From positions 67,904,082 through 67,939,934 of the forward strand of contig NC_068988.1 in NCBI RefSeq assembly GCF_001194135.2: a DNA stretch of 35,853 nt, written 5' to 3'. Numbering within the stretch: position 1 is the stretch's first letter; each line of letters opens with the position of its first letter. This DNA is from Octopus bimaculoides (Eukaryota). Made by a program: the position numbers and the translations under genes. The notes under the pieces were generated by a model that had not been told where the DNA came from, ran no database searches, and saw only the letters and a program-made list of their open reading frames with translations. This document shows positions 1-10,868 of the stretch, piece by piece.

Positions 1-235
1 AACCCCAAGGTTCCGAGTTTGATTCACGGCAGCGACCTGATTAATAATAGTAATAATAATAATAATAATAATAATATAATAATAATAGTAACATCTTTAG
101 GAATGAGAACCCAGGTTCGAAATTTCCCCAAGACACCTGACGAAGGCTGGAGGGTATATCAGCCGAAACGTTGTGTTAACCAGAAACAAGATGAGGACAA
201 ATATCCGACAAATGTAAATAATGTAAATAATGTAT
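1..235 (+). mobile_element. Composite repeat: tRNA-like head remnant (cut by the window start), (AAT)n tract, and Penelope-like 3' segment carrying a hammerhead ribozyme
   Basis: 1-40 has a B-box-like ggttccgagtttgattc. 42-92 is an imperfect (AAT)n. 93-235 contains CTGACGA...GAAACGTT, the motif typical of PLE pseudo-LTR hammerheads, and ends in a tgtaaataa duplication. Confidence 0.6.
132..177 (+). ncRNA. Minimal type I hammerhead ribozyme motif (PLE-type)
   Basis: Stem I GACAC(132-136)/GTGTT(173-177); core CTGACGA(137-143); one extra A(144); stem II GGCTG(145-149)/CAGCC(160-164); GAAA(165-168); palindromic ACGT stem III (168-171); predicted cleavage after GUU at 172/173. Confidence 0.8.
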
Positions 236-297
236 ATATATATACGTTAATATATTCGTTTTGCAATTTCTTGATGTGAAATCGTGTGTTCAAACAG

Positions 298-382
298 ATA
301 TTGTTGTATTTGGGAATGGTCATGTTGGCAGTGTTTTTATTGGCTAAACTGGCAACATGACCATCTCCAAATACAACAATAT
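298..382. other. 85-nt imperfect hairpin (35-bp stem, 15-nt loop), pre-miRNA-like
   Basis: 298-332 pairs with 348-382, checked base by base: 32 Watson-Crick pairs, 1 G-U (314/366) and 2 mismatches (315/365, 328/352). The structure is certain; any function is unproven. Confidence 0.7.
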
Positions 383-420
383 ACACACACACGCACACAC
401 ACACACACACACATATATAT

Positions 421-508
421 GTAGTGAGGCGTAAACACACCAGTAAACGTGTATATATATATATATATATATATATACACGTTTACTGGTGTGTTTACGC
501 CTCACTAC
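421..508. repeat. Perfect 88-bp palindrome centred on (TA)13
   Basis: 421-451 gtagtgaggcgtaaacacaccagtaaacgtg is the exact reverse complement of 478-508. The spacer 452-477 is (TA)13. Confidence 0.95.
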
Positions 509-665
509 CTCCGCGGTTCGGCAAATCAGACCGAGACTACTAAGCTTAACGCAATAAATCCTGGGGACGATTTGTTCGACTAAACAAAAAAAAAAACAAA
601 CCTTCCATGCATTGCCCCGCCATAACTACACTTAAATGGTTGAAATGAGTAAATTATAAAAGGGA
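478..665 (+). mobile_element. SINE family B, 3' body
   Basis: ggtgtgtttacg...gcggttcggcaaa...cctggggacgatttgttcgactaaa matches the copy at 30536-30725. Confidence 0.75.
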
Positions 666-1210
666 AAAGATGAATTACTAGTTCGCCCTCAAATTTAACA
701 GCTACTAGATCTCTTTCAGCTATCATATATATTTAAATACGTTTTATTTTAAATTTTTGCTACCGAAGAAAGCGCGATTTGCAAACTTGGATGATTTCAA
801 TTATATAGGCATCTAAGCAGACGAATGCCTGGCAGTGGATCAGTCAGTCCGTTCTATTAATTTTTAGTTTCTTTATATAGCCTTTATTCCTTGATATTTA
901 AGTCCACCGTACATCTTTGTTTCATACAGTTTTTGATGTTACTTTATTGCCCGTTTGACCACTGACAATTCCGACAATTATTTTTTAGCCATGTAACGAC
1001 AAAGGTCCTTTTCTCGGACTATTCATTTTTCTCCTCTCCAGATTCTTCCTTGCATTCATTTTTCTGACGAAGAGCCAAATTCAACACATCGCAACCTTTC
1101 TTTTCTTCCATCTTGAAACTTTCTCTGAGCGTTAAGCTAAGACATTCTTTAGGCACATCATTTTGGCTTTTATTGTTTTTCTTGTTTCTGTTTCTATTTT
1201 TGATTTGCCT

Positions 1211-1417
1211 ATGTATGTATGTATTTATGTATGTATGTATGTATGTATGTATGTATGTATGTATGAATGCTTGCATGTATGCATGTATGCATGCATGTTT
1301 ACTTGTATGTATGTAGGTATGCATGTATCTATGCATGTATGTATGTATGCATGCATATATGCATGTTTACATTTTCACATTCTTTGTGTGGTACTTAGGA
1401 ATCATTTTCTAATTAAG

Positions 1418-1472
<55 letters not shown>

Positions 1473-1735
1473 GCAATATATATATATATATATATATATG
1501 TACAGGTACATATATATATATATACATACATATATATATATATACATATATATACACATATACATATATATATATACTCATATACATATATATGTATATG
1601 TATATATATATACTTATATACATATATTTATACATATGCATATATATACATATATACATACATATATATATATATATATACATACATACATATATATAAA
1701 TATATACATATATATAAATATACATACATATATAT
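1211..1735. repeat. Compound (ATGT)n/(TA)n/(ATAC)n microsatellite
   Basis: Directly visible. It is the source of the MYVC/IYIY ORFs. Confidence 0.95.
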
Positions 1736-2675
1736 NNNNNNNNNNNNNNNNNNNNNNNNNNNNNNNNNNNNNNNNNNNNNNNNNNNNNNNNNNNNNNNNN
1801 NNNNNNNNNNNNNNNNNNNNNNNNNNNNNNNNNNNNNNNNNNNNNNNNNNNNNNNNNNNNNNNNNNNNNNNNNNNNNNNNNNNNNNNNNNNNNNNNNNNN
1901 NNNNNNNNNNNNNNNNNNNNNNNNNNNNNNNNNNNNNNNNNNNNNNNNNNNNNNNNNNNNNNNNNNNNNNNNNNNNNNNNNNNNNNNNNNNNNNNNNNNN
2001 NNNNNNNNNNNNNNNNNNNNNNNNNNNNNNNNNNNNNNNNNNNNNNNNNNNNNNNNNNNNNNNNNNNNNNNNNNNNNNNNNNNNNNNNNNNNNNNNNNNN
2101 NNNNNNNNNNNNNNNNNNNNNNNNNNNNNNNNNNNNNNNNNNNNNNNNNNNNNNNNNNNNNNNNNNNNNNNNNNNNNNNNNNNNNNNNNNNNNNNNNNNN
2201 NNNNNNNNNNNNNNNNNNNNNNNNNNNNNNNNNNNNNNNNNNNNNNNNNNNNNNNNNNNNNNNNNNNNNNNNNNNNNNNNNNNNNNNNNNNNNNNNNNNN
2301 NNNNNNNNNNNNNNNNNNNNNNNNNNNNNNNNNNNNNNNNNNNNNNNNNNNNNNNNNNNNNNNNNNNNNNNNNNNNNNNNNNNNNNNNNNNNNNNNNNNN
2401 NNNNNNNNNNNNNNNNNNNNNNNNNNNNNNNNNNNNNNNNNNNNNNNNNNNNNNNNNNNNNNNNNNNNNNNNNNNNNNNNNNNNNNNNNNNNNNNNNNNN
2501 NNNNNNNNNNNNNNNNNNNNNNNNNNNNNNNNNNNNNNNNNNNNNNNNNNNNNNNNNNNNNNNNNNNNNNNNNNNNNNNNNNNNNNNNNNNNNNNNNNNN
2601 NNNNNNNNNNNNNNNNNNNNNNNNNNNNNNNNNNNNNNNNNNNNNNNNNNNNNNNNNNNNNNNNNNNNNNNNNNN
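1736..2675. other. Assembly gap (940 N)
   Basis: N run. Confidence 1.
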
Positions 2676-2676
2676 A

Positions 2677-2991
2677 CTAAACACTTTCAAACTTTCGATA
2701 CTGGTAGAATATGTCATATAGATCAGGGTTTATTCTTAACGTTTTTTTTTACGAAATTTTGTATTTTAGAATCGGAATTTCGTCAGTCTTTATGTTCTGA
2801 GTTCAAATTCCGCCGAGGTTGACTTTCACTTTCATCCATTTCGGATCTATTCAACTTGACGTACTGATTATTCATTATTTTTTTTATCTAAACACATTGA
2901 AACTATTGGTACTGGTAGAATGTGTCACATAGAACAGGGTTTACTCTTAACGTTTTTGACAAAATTTGTATTTTAGAAGTTATTTCGTCAG
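2677..2991 (+). repeat. Two diverged direct repeats of about 105 bp (2677-2786 and 2888-2991)
   Basis: ctaaacac..aaact...tactggtagaat.tgtca.ataga.cagggttta.tcttaacgttttt...gtattttagaa....tttcgtcag occurs twice, offset about 211 bp. Confidence 0.8.
2778..2860 (+). mobile_element. SINE family A fragment (B-box region)
   Basis: ttctgagttcaaattccgccgaggttgactttcactttcatcc matches the copy at 29862-29990. Confidence 0.75.
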
Positions 2992-3149
2992 AAGTTACAG
3001 AGGGACAATGGACAAATTCGTGTTTGATAAGTGCCAGTACACGAAACACTCAGCTTTTGATTTACTCTCTAACTTCTGCTGATGATATATATACACATTA
3101 CATATATGTGTGAAAAATATTATCATGCAATCGAAACCATGAAAGAGCC

Positions 3150-3322
3150 TCAACCTAGTCGCTCGACACGCTAAAAATAGCAGTCAAAGTATCCTCCTCC
3201 CTAAATCACTCCCATTGTATGAAATGTCCTAAGTTATCCCTAAAAAACGGTTTGCTGAAGGATGGAATGTCTTTGAAGACACGGTTGCAGTGTCAGGGTT
3301 GATCTGGAGCTAAATATCAACA
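3150..3322 (+). mobile_element. Degraded interspersed repeat (probable SINE family D)
   Basis: gctcgacacgctaaaaatagcag...ctccctaaatcac resembles gcttgacacgctgacaatagta...ctccctcaatcac at about 32728-32773. Confidence 0.4.
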
Positions 3323-3844
3323 TTATGGTCAATTTCAATATTAACATCAGCACGATTTTCACTGAGGAAAAAAAAATAGATTTTTTGCGTGGAATCAAGT
3401 ACCCTGACCTAATATGCTGCAAGTACCTTAATTTGGTTCGGAAAAAATGAGGTGGGGGTTCTCCCAAATCCCGGAATCATTGGAATTTTTTTTCTTTGAA
3501 TGAATTCCTGTGACCTCCTAATATTGCAAAATTAGGTTACTTAACGTGAGCCTGGTAACTGATGGTTTTGTGGGTCTTGTTGTTTTTAACTTTTGGTGAG
3601 CCATGGTGCAAACAACAACATGGTAAAAATCCCCTGCCATTAATTTGGTGTGGATGGGTAATATCAAATAATTCAATCACAACATATACTTAAATTAAAC
3701 ATGAAAAAAAATTGAAATATTATCATTACTTACATGGAAAAATTGAAATATTACCTTTCAGTATTTTATAAGGTAAAATCTTAAATTATTAATTGGCACA
3801 TTAATTATCTTATAACATCAATGCCTGGAAAATCATGGATTACA

Positions 3845-4338
3845 GGAAAAAATGCGAGCATGAAAAGACATATTCTTAAGATTATAAATCTCGAAAAGTA
3901 CAAGACAAGTTATTACACCTGTAAAAGTATAGGACAAAGTATTACTTCTAATAAAGTATAAGAAACATTTTACTTAAAATATTGCAGCTAAAATTAAAAT
4001 TTGAACATTAAAACTTATTTTATTATAGTTTACAAGTAATACTATACTTATTTAAGTAGAATTTGGCTAATTAAATACAGAAAAAAGTGACTAATTAGAC
4101 AAACTTACAGATTAACTGAACAGTTTTGTACAATATATTTAAAAGATGAGAACTGTAAAGAGTGATAAATTAGAAGAACTGGCATTCTCTCCTGCAAAAT
4201 TTTAAGCAAACAGTTTCTTACTCTTTACTTTACTTGAAGTAATAGCTTGTCCTAAACTTGTACAGGTGTAATAACTTGTCCTGTACTTTTCCAGGTTTAT
4301 AATCTTAAGAACATGACTTTTCGTGCTCGCATTTTTCC
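3845..4338. mobile_element. Fold-back / MITE-like element with about 145-bp inverted repeats
   Basis: 3845-3987 aligns to the reverse complement of 4192-4338 at roughly 85% by eye (one 7-nt indel). The spacer is about 200 bp. No TSD is visible; the right end abuts (TA)n and a gap. Confidence 0.7.
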
Positions 4339-4348
4339 ATATATATAT

Positions 4349-4559
4349 NNNNNNNNNNNNNNNNNNNNNNNNNNNNNNNNNNNNNNNNNNNNNNNNNNNN
4401 NNNNNNNNNNNNNNNNNNNNNNNNNNNNNNNNNNNNNNNNNNNNNNNNNNNNNNNNNNNNNNNNNNNNNNNNNNNNNNNNNNNNNNNNNNNNNNNNNNNN
4501 NNNNNNNNNNNNNNNNNNNNNNNNNNNNNNNNNNNNNNNNNNNNNNNNNNNNNNNNNNN
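4349..4559. other. Assembly gap (211 N)
   Basis: N run flanked by (TA)n on both sides. Confidence 1.
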
Positions 4560-5523
4560 ATATATATATATATATATATATATACATACAAATATATATA
4601 TATATACATATATACATACATACACCACACACATACACACACACACACACGCACACGCAAGTATATATATGGTGACACACATTATAATTACAAAAAAACA
4701 AAACAAAAAAAACAATCACGCTTAGAAACCGAATGAAAAGAGACAATGTCTTGCTTATTCGAGTAGTCTTCAGGAAGTGAATACTTGTTAACCTTTGGAA
4801 TTAAACTGAGGATTGATCATGAATTTTCCTTTGTTCATATACAACCTGATCATGCGCAGATTGATCTCTTGCTTACGTTAGACACACTTTATAGATACGC
4901 CATGAAATGTGAATTAATTTCTTGCTAGATGATTGATCCAATCTAAATTTAATTAAATTAATAAAGATATGATTGTATATACGATGTACTTGTAAATGTA
5001 TATGAAAAGCTTGGGTGAGCCCTAGATATGCTAAAATATGGAGAAATGTGTGAAGATTAAAAATTACACGCTAAATATTCATCTTGATATTTTCTAACAA
5101 AATTTCGAAGAGTTAAATGCGTGTGGTATGCGTCCATATTGATGTATACTTAATTGTATAATCAAAAGCCGGCAGAAGTCTATACATGTAAATAGTGCTA
5201 CTAGAATATGTTTGTGAGGATTATTATGAATGTTGGTGGTGAATAAAGATAAAGTATTAAAATATAAAGTTTATTTAATGATTACAAGAAAATATATGAT
5301 AATGCGTTCCTAAAGTTATGTCGTAGTAAATACATATGTATATGTGCAGAATTAGATTACTTTTTCTTCAAAATTAGTCGTTAGAAAATTGACTATGGAA
5401 ATTATTCGTATGTCTCTGAGAGATTGATAGACAAATGGGAAAGAGAAAAATATGTACCTATGCATTCATGAGGTCGAGCACTTGTAAGTATTTATGTGTA
5501 TGTCGTTTCTGTGTGTGGGTGTG

Positions 5524-5526
<3 letters not shown>

Positions 5527-5619
<93 letters not shown>
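5527..5619. repeat. (GA)n microsatellite
   Basis: Directly visible. Confidence 0.98.
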
Positions 5620-5621
<2 letters not shown>

Positions 5622-6064
5622 CGCGCGCGAATGTGTGTGTGCGTGCGGGGGTGCATATATTTATGCGGAATAAAAATTTATTGGAAATATATCTTGGAAA
5701 ATAAAAATTTAAAAACCGATTTTTTTTAACGTTTAAAATTGGATGGTAGTAAATGTTCTTTCGATAATTTTTGTCTGTTATAGAGGTTCCCGAAAAATTT
5801 CGAACTCTTGTGGTATGCATACACACAGACGCAAATACATATGTACATGCAGATACATATATATACCTACGCATATATGCATATACATATATACATACAC
5901 ACATACATTATGTATGAAATTATATGTAAATAATTCTTTCTTCGGAAAGATTTAACTGGAAGTAGACAATGTAGAAATAATACCATGAAAATATTAGGAA
6001 AAAAACTCCTGTACGTTGAACAAAATCGAAGGTTGCCCACGTAGGCTGATAAAGTAATGTATAT

Positions 6065-6274
6065 ATTTATCTTTTACTTGCTTCGGTTATTTGATTGCGA
6101 CCATGCTGGAGCACCATCATAAACGCGTTTTAGTCGGACAAATTGACACTAGGGTTTATTTTTATTTAAAGACTAGTACTTATTCTATCAGTTATTCTAC
6201 CGAACCGCTATGTTACAAGGACATAAACGCACCAACACCGGTTCTCAAGCGGTGATGGGAGACAAATACAGACA

Positions 6275-6280
<6 letters not shown>
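6065..6280 (-). mobile_element. SINE family B, 3' body
   Basis: Reverse complement of the 30536-30725 body: ttttacttgcttc...ccatgctggagcacc...ttagtcgg...agtacttattctatc...ccgaaccgcta. Confidence 0.8.
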
Positions 6281-6307
<27 letters not shown>

Positions 6308-6310
<3 letters not shown>

Positions 6311-6402
6311 CGTGTGTGGATGTGTGTAAAAGCGTGGTTGTGTGGTAGGAAGCTTGCTTCACAAACACATGGTTCCGAGTTCTCTACTATAGCCTCGGGC
6401 CA
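6308..6402 (+). mobile_element. SINE family B head fragment (internally deleted)
   Basis: gcttgcttcacaaacacatggttccgagttc and ctactatagcctcgggcc match 30325-30420. Confidence 0.65.
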
Positions 6403-6934
6403 ACACACACACACACATACTCACACACACACGTTTATGTATCTATATCTGCGTATATGTATCTATGTATGAAAGCATGCGTTTGTATATATTTATATAT
6501 GCGTTTAAATATACTATGTGATTGTCATCGCTAAATAGGCTTTCTTATTTCATTTTTATAATACACAGCATTACTCCATCATGTTGAAAGTTCTCGAATT
6601 ATTTTTTAAATGAAAGGATCATATGCTATTTCTGAAATCAGGATAGGCAAGCTTGTTATGTCTTTGATAACATATTTCTTTGATCTGAGGCTTAAATGTA
6701 CTTAAACAGCAACCGGACAAGCTAGCTAAAGAACGCTATGTTGAAAAGTTAAAGTAAGTTTTAGTGAGTCACAGCTAAGATGTGTTCAGAAACATAAGAA
6801 AGATATTCAGTTATATCATCATTACCACGTTCAAAAAATATATAATATTGTATTTGATATTTTATTTAACGTGGGGATTAGCTTGGAATTGGCACATAGT
6901 TTCTTCAGTTACGACTATTGTATTAATATGGCTT

Positions 6935-7142
6935 TCAAAGTTTTGCCATAAGGCCAGCAATTTTCGGCGAAGAGGTAAGTCGATTACACTATCCCCAATG
7001 TTCAACTGGTACTTATTTTACCGACCCCGAAAGGTTGAAAGACAAAGTCAACCTCGGCGGAATTTGGACTCAAAACGAAGAGACAGACGACATGCCGCTA
7101 AGTATTATGGCCAGCGTGCTACGATTCTGCCTGCTCTCCGCC
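6935..7142 (-). mobile_element. SINE family A (tRNA-derived)
   Basis: ggtacttattttaccgaccccgaaaggttgaaagacaaagtcaacctcggcggaatttggactca...gtgctacgattctgcc is the reverse complement of the family A sequence. Confidence 0.85.
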
Positions 7143-7159
7143 TAAACTATTGTATTAAT

Positions 7160-7374
7160 ACTGATTTTAAATTTTGGCACAAAGCTAGCAAACTCGGGGG
7201 AGGGGTTAAGTGGATTACATCGACTGCATTGTTCAAATGGTACTTATATTATGGACTCCAGAAGGCTGAACGCTAAAGTCGTCCTCGGCGGAATTTGAAC
7301 TCAGAAGGTAAAAACAGATGAAAAGCCACTAAGCATTTTGCCCGAGGTGCTAACAGTTTTGTCAGCTCGCAGCC
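7160..7374 (-). mobile_element. SINE family A
   Basis: cctcggcggaatttgaactcagaa...ccactaagcattttgcccgaggtgctaac...tcagctcgc. Confidence 0.85.
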
Positions 7375-7422
7375 CTTAAACATTTCGCCCGGCGCGCTAC
7401 CGCTTCTGCCAGTTCGTCACCT
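7375..7422 (-). mobile_element. SINE family A head fragment
   Basis: catttcgcccggcgcgctaccgcttctgccagttcg is the reverse complement of the A-box-containing head. Confidence 0.75.
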
Positions 7423-7440
7423 TATGTAATTTAATACTGT

Positions 7441-7655
7441 ATGAGGCAACGAGTTGGCAGTATCTATAGTACGCAGCGTAAAATGCTTCACAGCATTTCA
7501 TCCGTCTTACGTTCTGAGTTCAAAATTGCCGAGTTCGACTTTGCCTTGCATTTTTTCCAAGATCGATAAAAAAAGTACTGGCTGAACACTGAGGTCGATC
7601 TACTCGGCTACTCGCCCCCTCGCAAATGGTGGCATTGTGTAAAAATTCGAAAGCA
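7441..7655 (+). mobile_element. SINE family A
   Basis: gagttggcagtat...ttacgttctgagttcaaaattgccgagttcgactttgcc...tcgataaa...agtac. Confidence 0.85.
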
Positions 7656-7664
7656 ATTTACTTT

Positions 7665-7860
7665 AGTGTATGATATTGTTGTAATCCATCATGTATAATA
7701 GCATACGACATCGTGGCATATGTGATATCATATCAAGCAATATACCATGGCATATATGTGCAACATATAATGGGATTATATAGCATATTGTCTAATATAT
7801 GATTTATTATGTAAGATCATTTGTAACATATATGACGTAATAGTGTATATTATATGATGT
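7665..7860. repeat. Degenerate AT-rich short-period repeat (ATAT[G/C]-like)
   Basis: Recurrent catat/gatat/tatat units. Confidence 0.45.
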
Positions 7861-7989
7861 GAAAATTTGAAGTACATAAAATGATAACATGAAATAAAGA
7901 AAATATTTTACATAGTGCATGGTGTTAGGTTTTATTTGCCTAACGATGTTATGATATATGAAAGAAATTGTGGTATACAGTGCTCAGGT

Positions 7990-8490
7990 GCATTACAAGT
8001 AAGAACAAAAAACAAGACAAAAGAGCCATCAGGTGTACTGTTAGCACATTTCAGGAAGCATGGAAGTTTTGAATGATGTAATGTCTCGAGAGCTGACGAC
8101 TGATGCGGGTAGTTTATTCCATGCTTCAACAATTCTAAGCGTTAAAAAATGCCTCCGAAACTCATCGGTACTGTGTTGTTTTTTGATTTTGTAAGCAAGT
8201 TCACGAGTGTTTGTCAAATGGAATTGAAAAAGGTGCCCAATGTTGTTGTTAGAAATATGGTGGATAATCTTGTGGGTGTCTACCAAGTCAGTTGCCAGAC
8301 GTCTGAGCTTCAATGTGTCCATGTCCAGGGAAGCAAGACATTCAGAGTACAGTAGGTGCCTGGCGGCTGGTATTCGGTTTGTTGCAAAGTTTCTGAACAG
8401 TTTCCAGGAGATTTATATGGTAAGCATGGCAGGGGTTCCAGACTGGTGATGCGAATTCTAAGTATGGATGTACCGGTAATGAATGGAAGT
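7990..8490 (-). mobile_element. CR1/L2-group non-LTR retrotransposon, 3' end of ORF2 (5'-truncated fossil)
   Basis: The minus strand reads VHPYLEFASPVWNPCHAYHINLLETVQK, then a frameshift, then ...LYSECLASLDMDTLKLRRLATDLVDTHKII...TNTRELAYKIKKQHS...RRHFLTLRIVEAWNKLPASVVSSRDITSFK. This matches the CR1-type C-terminal pattern (VRPHLEY.SPVW...LERVQRRA...L..RR..DL..YKI...TRGH..KL...FF..RVV..WN.LP..VV.....SFK). Confidence 0.88.
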
Positions 8491-10868
8491 ACGACGTTAT
8501 ATAAATTAAGATGCTGCTACAATGGTGAAGAGTAATGTTTGCTGTTATGTTGTTTTGGTAATATATGTAATATATATGTGGTTAGGATGCTGTGCATTAA
8601 ATTATGTTAGATAATGCATGTAATTGATCTTGCCTGATGAACGTTTTTGCAGTAACAAACTGAGCTGAAAGCTAGTTTGATAGATAAATTCTTGTGGATT
8701 ATTTAGAAATAGTTGCAGATTGTATAACACGGATATCCGGTGAGCAGATTCTATGACTCAATTTCAATTTCCGATTGACAACCACTTCATTAAAATCATT
8801 AATGCCTGGGGTTGTTGCCAATGTCAGACAATCTTATTTTCCATTCACTTCATAGATGAAGATATTCTAGTAAATATGAAACGCAGTGGCTCCTACTGAG
8901 TGGAATGGCCGTAGATCGGAGGGGGATTCACGGTGAGACAGTTACAAGATAAGTTCCAATCGAGCAAGGAATAAGTATTACATTATCACATTTCCTCTCT
9001 CATAAGATACTAAGAGTTGCTAATTTGTACATGAAATATTGCTGTCATTCACACCCAAGTAACAATAAATCATGCAGACATCAGGTCAAGGCAGTTTACA
9101 AACACGAACATTGCGTATGCTTAGAATTATCTAAGACTGTCTTATCTAATGAGGCCTTTCCGTGTTTATGATAATAGGGATTAGCTCGAGGGAGAGCAGG
9201 CTCTTGTTTCTAGCAGCTCAAACGTTGTACAAGCTCTCCTCTCTGTCAAGGCTGTTTAATAAGAAATATTATAAAGATGATTGATACATGCTTCAAGTAT
9301 CATACAGTATAAATATAATTTACGATTAATCTTGCTTCTAAGCAGAAACCCCAGCAACAAGGAATTTAGCTTCAATACTTAAAAGAACACAACCAGAAAG
9401 GTATGTGAACTAATCAAATATACATCTATTTTTTTGATAGATTATACTTTGACATGAAAACTAAATGTGTTTTATTGATTAATAAAACATTGAAAAAGTG
9501 ATTTAATTTTGTGTTTGGCGAACACTAGAATGAAATACAACACAGAAATAAATGAAATAAATGATATTAATGACTAAATTGATATGATACACAAAATGAT
9601 TTGGTTCTATATGGTCATGATTTTCCATTATCTCCAGATTGCAAATACTTATTCCAAATATTCTTATGTGTATGAGTGATAGCACTATCCTCTGTCACTC
9701 ATAACGAAATAAGCCCACAACTAAGGGAAAAAGGATTACTGTTCACATTCATGTTATAATAATTCATTTTACATACAGAACACGTATTTCTGCAAAATTT
9801 TATACATAACTGTCAGGAATGTGAAATAGTTAAATCTTAGCCTCAACATGAACATGGGAATGAAGCAGTTGATTTACACAAACAGAACAAACGAACTTGT
9901 GCTTTCAAGGGAAAAATCATATGATAAAGTTCTGTAAACTATTTCTATTTAAGTTATATATCATTCAAATGAAAGAAGAGCACAGTATAAGGACTTCAAT
10001 GAAATATATGGAAATACACATCACAATATACGTTTATCTGTTAATAGCCTTTACCAACATTACTTTGAGATTAAGGAACGTTTTCATGAAGAGCTGGAAA
10101 GATTAGGGGGAAAATTAGTTATGCTGTGATCTTTTCATACTAGGACGAGTTATATCTAAACCAATTATTATATTTGCCGTTCACAATGAACCAAGCTATC
10201 TTTATAGTTGCCTTAGAATATTAAACGCTGAAGAATGAACGAGATGGAAAACCAGTGGCAGAAGAATTGTGAAAAAGATGTCATTGAAATTAGTACAACT
10301 TAGATCCCTGTATAAAATATGAAAGAAATGAGTTTAAATGTAAAACTATGATTAGAAATTCGGTAATTCATTATGGATTAGAGAGGCAAATCAGAATCGA
10401 AGAAACACGTTCGCAGCAAGATCTTATATAAGAATAAGAATATATATCAATTAACAGTATAGAGCTAGGAAAGTAATTTTAGTCTCTTGGCATTATGTTT
10501 ACCTCTTCATTTTTAGCCACGTAAATATGTTCATTATCTGAAGATATTGGTATTGAAGAACTGGTAGAATATCATACTAAATGGTCATCGTATTTAGTTG
10601 CATCACCCAAGGTTTCGAGTTCAAATACAACCAAGGAAATATGTCAAGATTTAAAAAGTACTTTACTGTATTTTCATACATCTGTCTACGTGCTGAATGC
10701 ATGCTGCATTGGAACGAATTCTACCTTTCCTCATTCTAGGACATTAGTCAAGTATTAGTGTCGACATAGCATACTACGCTCTTCACCAAGTAGTGCTGTA
10801 AATTATGTAGCACATCAACGATACAGCGTTACATCTCAAGTCATTTACATTTTTGTTATTATAAAAAA

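Noticed and set aside
1019-1336. 105-aa minus ORF ending ...KMEEKKGCDVLNLALRQKNECKEESGEEKNE
   Set aside because: Half of it is microsatellite. The rest has no recognisable motif or convincing splice context.
1163-2721. Long ORFs of 107-416 aa (IYIY/MYVC/X-rich), and similar ones at 4202-4746, 11246-13402, 14772-15500, 20651-21415, 21615-22169 and 26400-26969
   Set aside because: These are translations of microsatellites and N-gaps. N codons cannot be stops.
8625-8670. CTGATGA...GAAA resembling a hammerhead core
   Set aside because: No stem II, III or I pairing.
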